Notes: generated by a model not told the origin, from the letters alone. Positions 35,308 through 43,690 are shown, counted from the first letter of the stretch. The stretch is DNA of 51,846 nt from a virus (IMGVR_UViG_3300027205_000002:1-51846), one strand, 5' to 3'. Made by a program: numbers and translations.

Positions 35308-35743
35308 GTTACCCGTAGGACTACCCGTGTCACTTGGCGACAGGACACACTAAGAGACAGCACGCTAGGGGGTAGTAGGGTAACGAGGACAGGTCAGGGT
35401 AGGGGAGAGACTTTTTTCGTTTTGACGGCTTACTAGGGTAGGGGTACGCAATGCTTGACGGTGGTGGAAAGGGCGTTGCTTTTCTCTCTTGCGGTCAAGG
35501 GTTGGGGTTCATAAAGTTTTACTAGGTCAAGGGTCAAGGTCAAGGGGAGTCACTAGGACACTAGGGGACACGGGGGTTCACTAGAGGACTCAGGTGAAGT
35601 CAGGCGGAGACTAGGAGACTCAGGGGGAGACAGGTGGACACAAGGGGAGTCAAGGGTCAAGAGGGATAACGGTCAAGGGTCAAGAGGGATAACGGTCAAG
35701 GGTCAAGGTGATAGGGCATAGGGTTACCCGTAGGACTACCCGT
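35308..35743 (+). repeat. G-rich repeat arm
   Basis: GTTACCCGTAGGACTACCCGT at 35308 and 35723; 23-bp GTCAAGGGTCAAGAGGGATAACG x2 at 35649-35694; many GGTCAAGG units. Confidence 0.8.
35448..35471 (+). repeat. 24-bp polar motif copy 6
   Basis: GCAA-N5-GACGGTGGTGGAAAG. Confidence 0.85.
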
Positions 35744-35790
35744 AGCACTTTTTTTTCGGGGTCAGGGAGTCAAGGTCAGGGGGGTCAGGC

Positions 35791-35921
35791 TGTGGATAAG
35801 TCTGTGGATAAAGGGATAGGGCTGTGGATAAGTGGGGGGGTAGGGCTGTGGATAAGTAAGGGGGGGGCAAGGGGTCAATAGGGGGTAGTTATACACAGGC
35901 TGGGGATAGGGCTGTGGATAA
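35791..35921. promoter_or_regulatory. DnaA box cluster 3 (6 boxes)
   Basis: TGTGGATAA at 35791, 35803, 35823, 35847, 35913; TTATACACA at 35889. Confidence 0.85.
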
Positions 35922-35984
35922 GTAGGGGTTAGGGGTATCCCTAGAATTACCCGTAGGGCTGGCGGTTTCCTCACCCTTGACAGT

Positions 35985-36243
35985 CCCGCCTCGCCCTGTC
36001 CTCTTGCCTTGCCTTGCCTTGCCCTCGCCTCGCCTCGCCTTGCCTTGCCCTGCCTCTCTCGCCTTGCCCTCTCGCCTTGCCCTCGCCTTGCCCTCGCCTT
36101 GCCTTACCCTCTCTTGCCAGCCCCGCCCTCTTGCCCTCGCCTTGCCTTGCCCTGCCTCTCTCGCCTTGCCCTCTCGCCCTGCCTCTCCCCCTCTCCTTGC
36201 CTTGCCCCTCTCGCCCCTCTCGCTTCGCCTTGCCCTACCTTGC
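35985..36243 (+). repeat. C/T-rich repeat arm (CCTTG/CCTCG units)
   Basis: Almost no A; 44-bp internal duplication at ~36033 and ~36135. Confidence 0.85.
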
Positions 36244-36285
36244 TAGTCCCGCTTACGACACGGGCAAAATACGGGCAAAATATGC

Positions 36286-36525
36286 CGAACATTTGTTCGT
36301 AACGAGTGTCATAACGACTTCCATAGCCCCCACCGAACAGGCGTTCGCCGAACATTTGTTCGCACCGACAGTCCCGCCAAGACGACGAACACTTGTTCGC
36401 ACTCCAACACGGGATACGACAGTCCCGCAAATCAGCCCCCATTACAAGCCCAATAACACCCGTAGGCTTACCCGTAGATGTTTGTACCGTACAACCAAAC
36501 ACCTGTTCGTATGACAAATGTCACA
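36286..36525. promoter_or_regulatory. LexA box cluster (5) plus CRP-type box
   Basis: CGAAC-N4-GTTCG at 36286, 36334, 36349, 36386; CAAAC-N4-GTTCG at 36496; TATGA-N6-TCACA at 36510. Confidence 0.85.
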
Positions 36526-36649
36526 TCAGTACGACATACGGGGCTGCCCCCCAACTTTTCCGTGCGGGTATTTCCCCGTGGGCGGGCGTGCGCTATATTT
36601 TTAGTGTTCTGATGTTTGGGTTAGATTTATCCAGCCTAGTGAGTGGTGG

Positions 36650-36865
36650 TTACTCTTTTTTGCTGGCGAGGTTGTTCCACCATAGGCGTGTGAATGTCCA
36701 TGTGATGGCGATCAGTGCTGTTTGTGGCCACGTGGGGTGGTTAGCAACGATGTCTTGTTTGTCGAGCACGTAGAGCGGTACCCAGATGGCTGCCTGGGTG
36801 AGCAAGACCGTGATCATGAAGCCGGTGAAGACTGCCAGTGCGGTAGGTTCGTTATTTTGTTTCAT
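36650..36865 (-). CDS. two-TM membrane protein
   Basis: Hydrophobic segments; ATGA coupling. Confidence 0.75.
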   Translation of the reverse strand: MKQNNEPTALAVFTGFMITVLLTQAAIWVPLYVLDKQDIVANHPTWPQTALIAITWTFTRLWWNNLASKKE

Positions 36866-37251
36866 GCTGTTGTTGTTGTTGTTGTTGTGTCTCGTTTGAT
36901 GATCTGGTGGATGCGTTGGCGACTGAGGTTGTACTCGTCGGCAATCTGTGAGAGTGATAAACCTTGTTCACGGAGTTGTGTGATGTTGGTGTTGCGGACG
37001 GTTTTCTTTGTTGGGCCTGGCTTGAGCGGTCCCCATGTCCAGCCTGGTGTGTTATCTAGTGTCTCCCAGCGGCTTTGTGTGAGTTTGCCGTTCTTATTGC
37101 GTTGACGCATGTAGCCAACCCAAGCCCCGAGAGTAATGAGTTCGTTGCTTTTATTCTCGATGTGAGTTGCAGGAACGAGCGCGTCGCCCTCTCTGGCGAT
37201 GTATTGTTGTAGAGCCTGGTGATATTGATTAAATCTGGTGTTGTTGTCCAT
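36862..37251 (-). CDS. helicase-associated (HA) domain plus sigma70 region-4-like HTH protein
   Basis: YIAREG...VP...LGAWV..MR...GKL...L; SLSQIADEYNLSRQRIHQI. Confidence 0.8.
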   Translation of the reverse strand: MDNNTRFNQYHQALQQYIAREGDALVPATHIENKSNELITLGAWVGYMRQRNKNGKLTQSRWETLDNTPGWTWGPLKPGPTKKTVRNTNITQLREQGLSLSQIADEYNLSRQRIHQIIKRDTTTTTTTA

Positions 37252-37334
37252 GTTTTGTATGTTAGTTGACAATCTGTCGTAATGCAGGGGAGGTTGTCAA
37301 GTTTTTTGTAACTTTTTGTGTTTTTTATCCTTGT

Positions 37335-37358
37335 GCTATGTTCGACGGTGGTGGAAAG
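37335..37358 (+). repeat. 24-bp polar motif copy 7
   Basis: GCTA-N5-GACGGTGGTGGAAAG, overlaps RBS of next gene. Confidence 0.85.
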
Positions 37359-37365
37359 GAATTTT

Positions 37366-37788
37366 ATGAGTGAGGATTTTGGGGATTTGTTTGGTTTTTT
37401 GGGTGGTTTAGATGGTGTTTTGCCGGGTGCTCTGTTCGAATGCGTGAATGACGTGTCGTTTGAGTTAGCGGAGTCCCGGGGCCAGACGGATGTTTTGTTT
37501 TTGGGGTCGGATGGCCAGCGTTTGGTGAAGTGTTTACATGTCCCTCGTGCCGGTTTGGGTGGTGATGGGCCTGTTTTGTTTCCGGGGATATCGAATTTTA
37601 TTATAGTTGCCGCTTATTCGGATGAATTTATCCAGGATCGGGTTCAGGAATTAATCGAGGAGTTCGACTCCGAAGAAGAACGCGAAGAAGAATGGGAAAA
37701 GTTCATGTCGACACTGGCGAAAGATATCGCCTACATTTATGATACAAACCCACCAGAAAACCTGGTTGATCAACTTGGAGACTTATGA
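37366..37788 (+). CDS. acidic hypothetical protein
   Basis: AAAGGA RBS before ATG 37366. Confidence 0.8.
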   Translation: MSEDFGDLFGFLGGLDGVLPGALFECVNDVSFELAESRGQTDVLFLGSDGQRLVKCLHVPRAGLGGDGPVLFPGISNFIIVAAYSDEFIQDRVQELIEEFDSEEEREEEWEKFMSTLAKDIAYIYDTNPPENLVDQLGDL

Positions 37789-38315
37789 ACTGGAATACCG
37801 CCGCCGCTGACGTCACTGAAAGAATCTTTAACGGTGATCAGCCGTCAGGGACCCTGGAAGCCCTCAGGTTCCTTCTGGATTTCTTTGTCGACTCAGACGC
37901 CTCAGGGAGGGCAGAAGGCTGCCAGAGCGAAGAATTCATTGCTTTGGGGAAGCATGCGCTGCTGTTAGGCCGGCGCCAGGGCTATTTTGCCGGTCCGAAT
38001 GCCGCTCAGAACGTTTTAGATACCGTGATCCGCAAACAGTGCGACTATGGGCACCAGAATATTTCTCGTTTCGGTCGTTTTGGTCTTCTCGTACGTATGC
38101 ATGACAAGGTTGCGCGCCTGGAAAACCTCATGATGTCTGGCCACACACCGAATCATGAATCAATCGAGGATAATATCCTAGATGTTATTGGGTACTCAAT
38201 TGTTGGTGTGATGTGGGAAGAAAATTCTTTTATGTTGGATGCTTTTCCCCTACATGCGCTACATGTGACGGTGGTGGAAAGCGGCCCGAACCGTGAAAAG
38301 GAATGGGTGTTCTGA
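37785..38315 (+). CDS. DUF1599/nucleotide-modification-associated domain protein
   Basis: RKQCDYG...VRMHDK.ARL.NL...ESIED..LD.IGY; contains motif copy 8 (38258-38281). Confidence 0.8.
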   Translation: MNWNTAAADVTERIFNGDQPSGTLEALRFLLDFFVDSDASGRAEGCQSEEFIALGKHALLLGRRQGYFAGPNAAQNVLDTVIRKQCDYGHQNISRFGRFGLLVRMHDKVARLENLMMSGHTPNHESIEDNILDVIGYSIVGVMWEENSFMLDAFPLHALHVTVVESGPNREKEWVF

Positions 38316-38969
38316 TCCTCATGGGTCGAAAAATATTATAAGATGTTCTTTTGTTTGGTTAGATTTATCTAATGTGTTGTGGGGTGTCCCCGTTTTGAAA
38401 AAAAATCGCTTTGGCCGTACGGGTCATTTGGAAGAGTCAGCACTTTTCGGAATGCCGGCGGGGTCGGGGAGCCTCGGGAAGTAGCACCTGCATCCTCCCC
38501 CCGAGGCATCAACCCTATTTGGCCATCGAAAGAAAGGGGGAACTTCTTTGGCCAAAAATGAACCTAGCACACGAGAGAAACACGTGCATGTAAACAAATT
38601 TTCCCAATATTTAAAGAAATATCGCTTTGGTGCTTGCACGCGCGCAACATCGCGTGATACGTTGCTCGACATCAACTTCGGTCGACCGGTCGGAACTGTA
38701 TAACACTTGCGTCACCTGCGTAAAGTGTTCTTTGTGGTGCACTTGAGGCGGAGGGACTTTTTCTAAAGGTTCCCCCGGACCCCCTCCAAAGGGGTTTTCT
38801 CTTCTTTCTAGTTTTATTTAACTAAAAAGAAAGTAAGTCATTGCTTTGAAATGATTTCTTTATTACTCTCAAATAAAATACCTTTTGAGAGAAGAATCTA
38901 TACGCGTACTGATCGGTCAAGCAAAGTAAAAAAAAGGAACTCATTTTGAACGTTATTATGTTAAATACT

Positions 38970-39365
38970 ATGGAAAATGAATTTTTTGAATTTCAAGAGC
39001 CAAAGAAGAAGAAGAACGTCCGCGGACCTTCAAAAGCAACGGTCGAACAGACAGTCAAGAGTTCTACGGTGGCGGAAAGCGCCGTTCAAGAAATCTACGA
39101 TTACTGGTGTCTCGTCATGCGACCCAACCGGAAGAACCCAGCGCGCCTGGATGTCAAGGGTCGGGATCGTGTTGCAGCAGCGATTAAGGATTTCGGTATG
39201 GAGACGTGTCGGCGTGCGATTGACGGTTGCGCTGTGTCGGATTTTCATATGGGCCGCAATAAGCGTGGCCGGCGGTATGACAGTTTGGATTTGATTTTTC
39301 GTTCGCATGATAATGTTGAGCGTTTTTTGGGGTATTTGGTTGAGGGTGGTGCTGATCCGTGGTGA
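38970..39365 (+). CDS. putative phage replication initiator-like protein
   Basis: IYDYW...RL...AIDGC...FHMG.N...YD.L.LIFR...VERF; next to helicase-loader-like gene. Confidence 0.6.
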   Translation: MENEFFEFQEPKKKKNVRGPSKATVEQTVKSSTVAESAVQEIYDYWCLVMRPNRKNPARLDVKGRDRVAAAIKDFGMETCRRAIDGCAVSDFHMGRNKRGRRYDSLDLIFRSHDNVERFLGYLVEGGADPW

Positions 39366-39826
39366 GGGTTCGCGATGTGTCGAAAGAGTTCGAGCAGTTT
39401 GTGTCGGTTTGCTTCGCGATGTTTAATCGTGAGTTGTTTGAGGGTGACCGTCGTAATGTTGTTCGTGCGTGGTTTGATGTGTTGGGGGATGTGGATGTTG
39501 AGTTGTTGCGTGTCAAGTATGTTGAGTTGGCGACGGTGTCTAAGGTGATGCCTACACCTGGTTTGTTGCGTCGGCATGTATTTGCTGATCTTATCAGTGA
39601 TATTGTATCGCCTGCTGTTGCGTGGGGGCAGTTGCAGGGGTTGCGCGTTGCTTTGAATTCTGGTGTTGAGCGTCCGGTGCTATCGGCGACGGTGGTGGAA
39701 ACGATTCAGAAGTTGGGTGATGTTGTGTTTGGTTTGACGACTAATGGTGATCGGGAGTACTTCTTGGAGGTGTATCGTGATGTTTGTGAAAAGCGATTGG
39801 TTGAGTTGTTGAGGGTGGCTGTATGA
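39359..39826 (+). CDS. G39P-like helicase loader/inhibitor
   Basis: AWFDVLGD...MPTPG.L...AWG pattern; contains motif copy 9 (39679-39702). Confidence 0.6.
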   Translation: MVRVRDVSKEFEQFVSVCFAMFNRELFEGDRRNVVRAWFDVLGDVDVELLRVKYVELATVSKVMPTPGLLRRHVFADLISDIVSPAVAWGQLQGLRVALNSGVERPVLSATVVETIQKLGDVVFGLTTNGDREYFLEVYRDVCEKRLVELLRVAV

Positions 39827-39993
39827 AGCGGTTGACGGGTAGGCCTCCAGTAGTGCCGGTAGGTGATCGTGCGTCTGTGTCTTTGAAGGTGTCTGCTGAT
39901 TTCAAGAAGTTGGTGTTGGCGCAGGCTGAGGGGTATGGGTTGAGTATCCGAGAGTATGTTGAGATGCTGGTGTTGAGAGATGTCGGTAAGTGA
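39823..39993 (+). CDS. ribbon-helix-helix DNA-binding protein (56 aa, not in track)
   Basis: GRPP...VSLKVSADFKKLVLAQAEGYGLSIREYV; overlaps both neighbours. Confidence 0.75.
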   Translation: MKRLTGRPPVVPVGDRASVSLKVSADFKKLVLAQAEGYGLSIREYVEMLVLRDVGK

Positions 39994-40517
39994 GGGACTT
40001 AGGGTATAGCCAAGAACTTTTTGTTCGGGAATTGAAAATTGGACACAAGTGGACAGAGTACGTTGCTGAAATACTTAACTCTGAGGGCATTAAATGTGAG
40101 GCCACACCAATGAGTATTAGAAAAACCGAAAAAGAACGTCTTTCTTTTGCTACAGAAAAGGATGTTGTGCTCCAAAACATGCCTGGGAATATTGAAGTTA
40201 AGTCACGACGGCTCAACTTCAATGAACAACCAAATAGTTACCCTAAAAGTACTGCTTTTGTTGATACCGAGTTTGGGTGGAAACTAAAAGACCCTCTTCC
40301 ATTGGCTGTGGTTTTGGTAAGTCAAGAAACTGGCTCGTTGTTGGTTATTCCAATCTCTAGTATGCCCACATGGACTACAACACGAAGATTTGATAACGTT
40401 CGAAAGATAGAAGACACCTTTCTTTTAGTCAATAAAAAGCATTTGAAGCCTTGGTCGGAATTTGTTGACTGGCTAAATGTTCGGCAGGAAAAACATGAAC
40501 AAAAAAATAGCGCCTAA
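39990..40517 (+). CDS. PD-(D/E)xK nuclease-like protein
   Basis: KDVVL...IEVKSR. Confidence 0.65.
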   Translation: MRDLGYSQELFVRELKIGHKWTEYVAEILNSEGIKCEATPMSIRKTEKERLSFATEKDVVLQNMPGNIEVKSRRLNFNEQPNSYPKSTAFVDTEFGWKLKDPLPLAVVLVSQETGSLLVIPISSMPTWTTTRRFDNVRKIEDTFLLVNKKHLKPWSEFVDWLNVRQEKHEQKNSA

Positions 40518-40854
40518 AGCAGCCAGGAAGGCTAAATATAAAGACCGTTTATACAATATTGCTTTGCGTGTTGAAGGTTCTTTGAAAAATCAAATTATTG
40601 ACGCTGCTAATCGGAATAAAATGATGTTGAGCGAGTACGTTTTGTATTGCGTTTGGGAACATATGCGTTCAGAGCGCGGAGTGCCTGTTCCAGGGGAGTC
40701 GCAGTTTGCTTTGGCGGACCCAATGGAGCATTTGAGGGCTTATCTTGAAGGTAAAGATGTTTTAATGCCGTGTGGCAAGAAGGAATGTGAAATGAAAATT
40801 ATAGAATTTCAAGATATGGAATTTTGCGAAACTTGTAATGTGAGGATTTCGTGA
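40495..40854 (+). CDS. RHH-like regulator with C-terminal Zn ribbon
   Basis: IALRVEGSLK..I..AA....LSEYV; PCG...CETC. Confidence 0.7.
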   Translation: MNKKIAPKAARKAKYKDRLYNIALRVEGSLKNQIIDAANRNKMMLSEYVLYCVWEHMRSERGVPVPGESQFALADPMEHLRAYLEGKDVLMPCGKKECEMKIIEFQDMEFCETCNVRIS

Positions 40855-41225
40855 TTTCAAAGTTTGAAGGAACAGTTTTTCAACGTAAAGCAGACGGATT
40901 TGCCTTTTTTGTGAGTCCAATGGGCAAAATTTGGGACGTCGATGAGGATATGTCTAAATTTTGGCCCGATATTACTCAAGTTTTGAATGTAATGGGTATG
41001 GCTCGTCACATCGAGAGTGAAGTAATCGATATTAGTTTTGACAATATTTGGATTTTTGCCATTCCGGACACGATGGATCATGAAATTGCGTTAAATCAAC
41101 TCTTACAGAAGTGTTTGAGTGTTGGTTGCAGTTCATTAAATCTTGTTGGAAGCGAAAAACTGTATGAATTGTCTAACAATATTGCCGACGTTGATGTTGA
41201 TTTGGCTCTTTGTATATCAATTTGA
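40851..41225 (+). CDS. hypothetical protein
   Basis: GTGA coupling. Confidence 0.75.
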   Translation: MISKFEGTVFQRKADGFAFFVSPMGKIWDVDEDMSKFWPDITQVLNVMGMARHIESEVIDISFDNIWIFAIPDTMDHEIALNQLLQKCLSVGCSSLNLVGSEKLYELSNNIADVDVDLALCISI

Positions 41226-41236
41226 TATACTTTTGG

Positions 41237-41551
41237 CTAATATCCCCACATTTGAGCCAACGTAGGTCTAGTTGGCCTAATTTCTCTTCGTCTTTGTTCT
41301 GCAGCCAATTGCCTACTTGTTAATCCAGCCCAAACACCATGCATATCTGCTGCTGGAAATTCAAGCGCATATTCAAGACATTGCGGCTGCACTGGACACT
41401 CTGCGCATAAAGCCCGAGCGTCGACAATGTAGGTAATATCTTTGTGTTCTTTTGGGAACATGATATAAGTTTTACCTTTACAGGAAGCGTTGTTCATCCA
41501 ACTTTGCTTACCGTTATTTATAATACTTCCAATACTATCTTCTAGACTCAC
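41237..41551 (-). CDS. whiB: WhiB-family transcription regulator
   Basis: W...ASC...ALCAECPV...CLEYAL...GVWAG. Confidence 0.92.
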   Translation of the reverse strand: MSLEDSIGSIINNGKQSWMNNASCKGKTYIMFPKEHKDITYIVDARALCAECPVQPQCLEYALEFPAADMHGVWAGLTSRQLAAEQRRREIRPTRPTLAQMWGY

Positions 41552-42180
41552 TGAATAGCCTTTCTTACTTTAATAGATATAGAATCTTGTACGTATGTTT
41601 TATATGGATGTCCTGTATGAGGATCATATTTTGATGCTGTAGATAGTGCTTTCAAAACATGACGCTTTGCTTGCGTTAAAGTAGGCAACTTTGGACACAA
41701 AATATTAAGTGCTCCGAGTGCATAAGATGATCCTGTTCCAATTGCGTATAATCCAGAAGCGTCAGTAGTCCATGCATAGTCGTTATCGATTTGATAAATG
41801 ATTTTATTGATTGAAACAATGATGGATGAACCTTGTGATGCTATGTGATCTGAATTTTCTTTTGGTGGCGGGGAGTAGCCGTTTGAATCAAAGCACTCTC
41901 GTAGTGACGAAATGAATTTAAGAGTAATAAATTCATCTAGTTTTCTCCCTTTCATTGTCGCCGGAGGGACCGGGGGCTGAAATGCGTGGTTCATGAGGTT
42001 AATGGCGCGCACATCACCAGCAATACCAATTAAATAGGGTCCTATTTGTGCTATTTTACTCATGGATGGACTTAGGGTTTGTATATATGAGACATACCCA
42101 TCGTCGTCAACCGTAGAAATTCTACTATCAGAACAAAGAATGGTAAAACCATCGCCCTGAATACCTACAATTGTTGTCAT
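41548..42180 (-). CDS. Ntn-hydrolase, proteasome beta-subunit/HslV-like protease
   Basis: MTTIVG...DSR...KI...GIAGD...AIGTGS..ALGAL; N-terminal Thr. Confidence 0.85.
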   Translation of the reverse strand: MTTIVGIQGDGFTILCSDSRISTVDDDGYVSYIQTLSPSMSKIAQIGPYLIGIAGDVRAINLMNHAFQPPVPPATMKGRKLDEFITLKFISSLRECFDSNGYSPPPKENSDHIASQGSSIIVSINKIIYQIDNDYAWTTDASGLYAIGTGSSYALGALNILCPKLPTLTQAKRHVLKALSTASKYDPHTGHPYKTYVQDSISIKVRKAIQ

Positions 42181-42181
42181 T

Positions 42182-43357
42182 TTATTTTCCGGTCTTGTAA
42201 TCAGAAGAAAATTCTTTTCCTCTAAACATTCCCCAGCCTGAATAAATGGGCATGCACTCGTAGGAGAACTTATGTTCACCATCATCTTCATACATCACTA
42301 CGCCAAGACCCTGTTGCCAATTCTCATGGCGCACTAATGGGCGTCCATCGAGGTCTACTCCACCCCTGGTGCTGGGAATTGCGCCATCAATACGTGCCAA
42401 ACAGCCTGGCGAAGCCGCCATGATGGTTCTTGGGCCATCAAAATCTTCACGAGTTTTGAAAGCCATTTCAACACGATGGATATGACCATAAATGACACTG
42501 CTTTTTTCAGCATTAAGGTATACATGCGCAGTTGAGCCACCACTTTTTACGCGATCACCATGGATGATGCGCAATTTTTTGTTTACCCAAATGTCTGATG
42601 CTGGGTATCCGGGTCGATATTCAACGCCAAAGTCATCCATTCGACACAGATAAGGGACCGACATCACTGGCCACGATTCTGGTTCGTTGCCCTTGCGGAG
42701 TCCGTATGCTGCGCCAGCATTTTGAACAAGATATTTAGGCATGCGTTCTTCATGGTTGCCAGCAAGCCAAACAATTTGAGCATCAGGTGATGCATGGCGC
42801 ATTTCGGCGCAGAATGTCGTAGCCCTATCGATAGTTGCCTGTGTTGTTAGCGCATAACTAGGATATACAACATATTTTCCCATTTCCGGAAGGTCTAAGT
42901 TGTCACCAACACAAACTATTAGTTCTGGTTTTAGGTGCTTTATGACATTTAGAGCAACGCTGATTGCATCTTCATCATGAGTCGGCTCTAATTGTCCATC
43001 ACGATTTCTGTAATAACCAAATTGAATATCCGGGATCACTACGCAAGTTTTAAATGTTTCACTTTTTTTAGGTTGTGAAGTATTCTTGGGAAGTTTAACT
43101 TCTGGACCGCGTTGAACAACTGGCCATTCTGGTCCTGATTCCCATTTTGGTGAAATTTGGATTGCTGCCAGGTCGACTATTTGAGGATCACCGTTTTCAT
43201 CCTTGAGCATTGACTGATAAATAGAGATTCTAGTAATATCTCCAATTTCGCTAATGTCAATATTTTTTGATGCAAGTAGATCGGCGATAGCGCCAAGATT
43301 TTTTGATCTACTGGCGGTTGTTTCTACTTCTGATAATTTATCAGAGAGGGATGTCAT
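42182..43357 (-). CDS. calcineurin-like metallophosphoesterase
   Basis: DIQ, GDNLD, GNHE, HGD, GHIH motifs. Confidence 0.88.
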   Translation of the reverse strand: MTSLSDKLSEVETTASRSKNLGAIADLLASKNIDISEIGDITRISIYQSMLKDENGDPQIVDLAAIQISPKWESGPEWPVVQRGPEVKLPKNTSQPKKSETFKTCVVIPDIQFGYYRNRDGQLEPTHDEDAISVALNVIKHLKPELIVCVGDNLDLPEMGKYVVYPSYALTTQATIDRATTFCAEMRHASPDAQIVWLAGNHEERMPKYLVQNAGAAYGLRKGNEPESWPVMSVPYLCRMDDFGVEYRPGYPASDIWVNKKLRIIHGDRVKSGGSTAHVYLNAEKSSVIYGHIHRVEMAFKTREDFDGPRTIMAASPGCLARIDGAIPSTRGGVDLDGRPLVRHENWQQGLGVVMYEDDGEHKFSYECMPIYSGWGMFRGKEFSSDYKTGK

Positions 43358-43617
43358 TTCATTAATTCCTTTACTGTTGAGCATTTGCATGCAGATTTTG
43401 AGAGAACGCAATGTCGAGCAGTTTCGATTGTCGATCTGCCGATTTCAATTTCTTCTGATACCAAAGCACGATGAATCGCTCGTGCTGAAATTGATTCGTT
43501 TTTCATTAATTTCATAAGGATTTCTTGTGAGTCTTGGTCAAGAGATTTTATTAATCCTCCAAATTTGCAACCATCTGGTTCTTGCGTGAGAAGTTGATTG
43601 AGTGTGTCTTTTAGCAT
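43354..43617 (-). CDS. small protein usually preceding phage phosphoesterase
   Basis: C...I.RAL....I....I...R..C...C.C; ATGA coupling. Confidence 0.75.
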   Translation of the reverse strand: MLKDTLNQLLTQEPDGCKFGGLIKSLDQDSQEILMKLMKNESISARAIHRALVSEEIEIGRSTIETARHCVLSKSACKCSTVKELMK

Positions 43618-43690
43618 AGTTGCCCCTTTGTGTTGTCTGTTATGAACTACGCTCGTACAATAGAACTCTTTTTACTGGAGTGTGTAGACG

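Noticed and set aside
35990-36243. IdeR/DtxR or WhiA site assignment for hub repeats
   Set aside because: No full 19-bp DtxR palindrome; GACAC is too short to assign by eye.
35762-36517. Pro/Leu/Cys-rich ORFs over the hub
   Set aside because: Open frames result from low-complexity repeats lacking stop codons; no start signals.
2181-39702. CRISPR array or integron attC interpretation of the 24-bp motif
   Set aside because: Copies are kilobases apart, non-palindromic and two are inside CDS; no cas or integrase seen.
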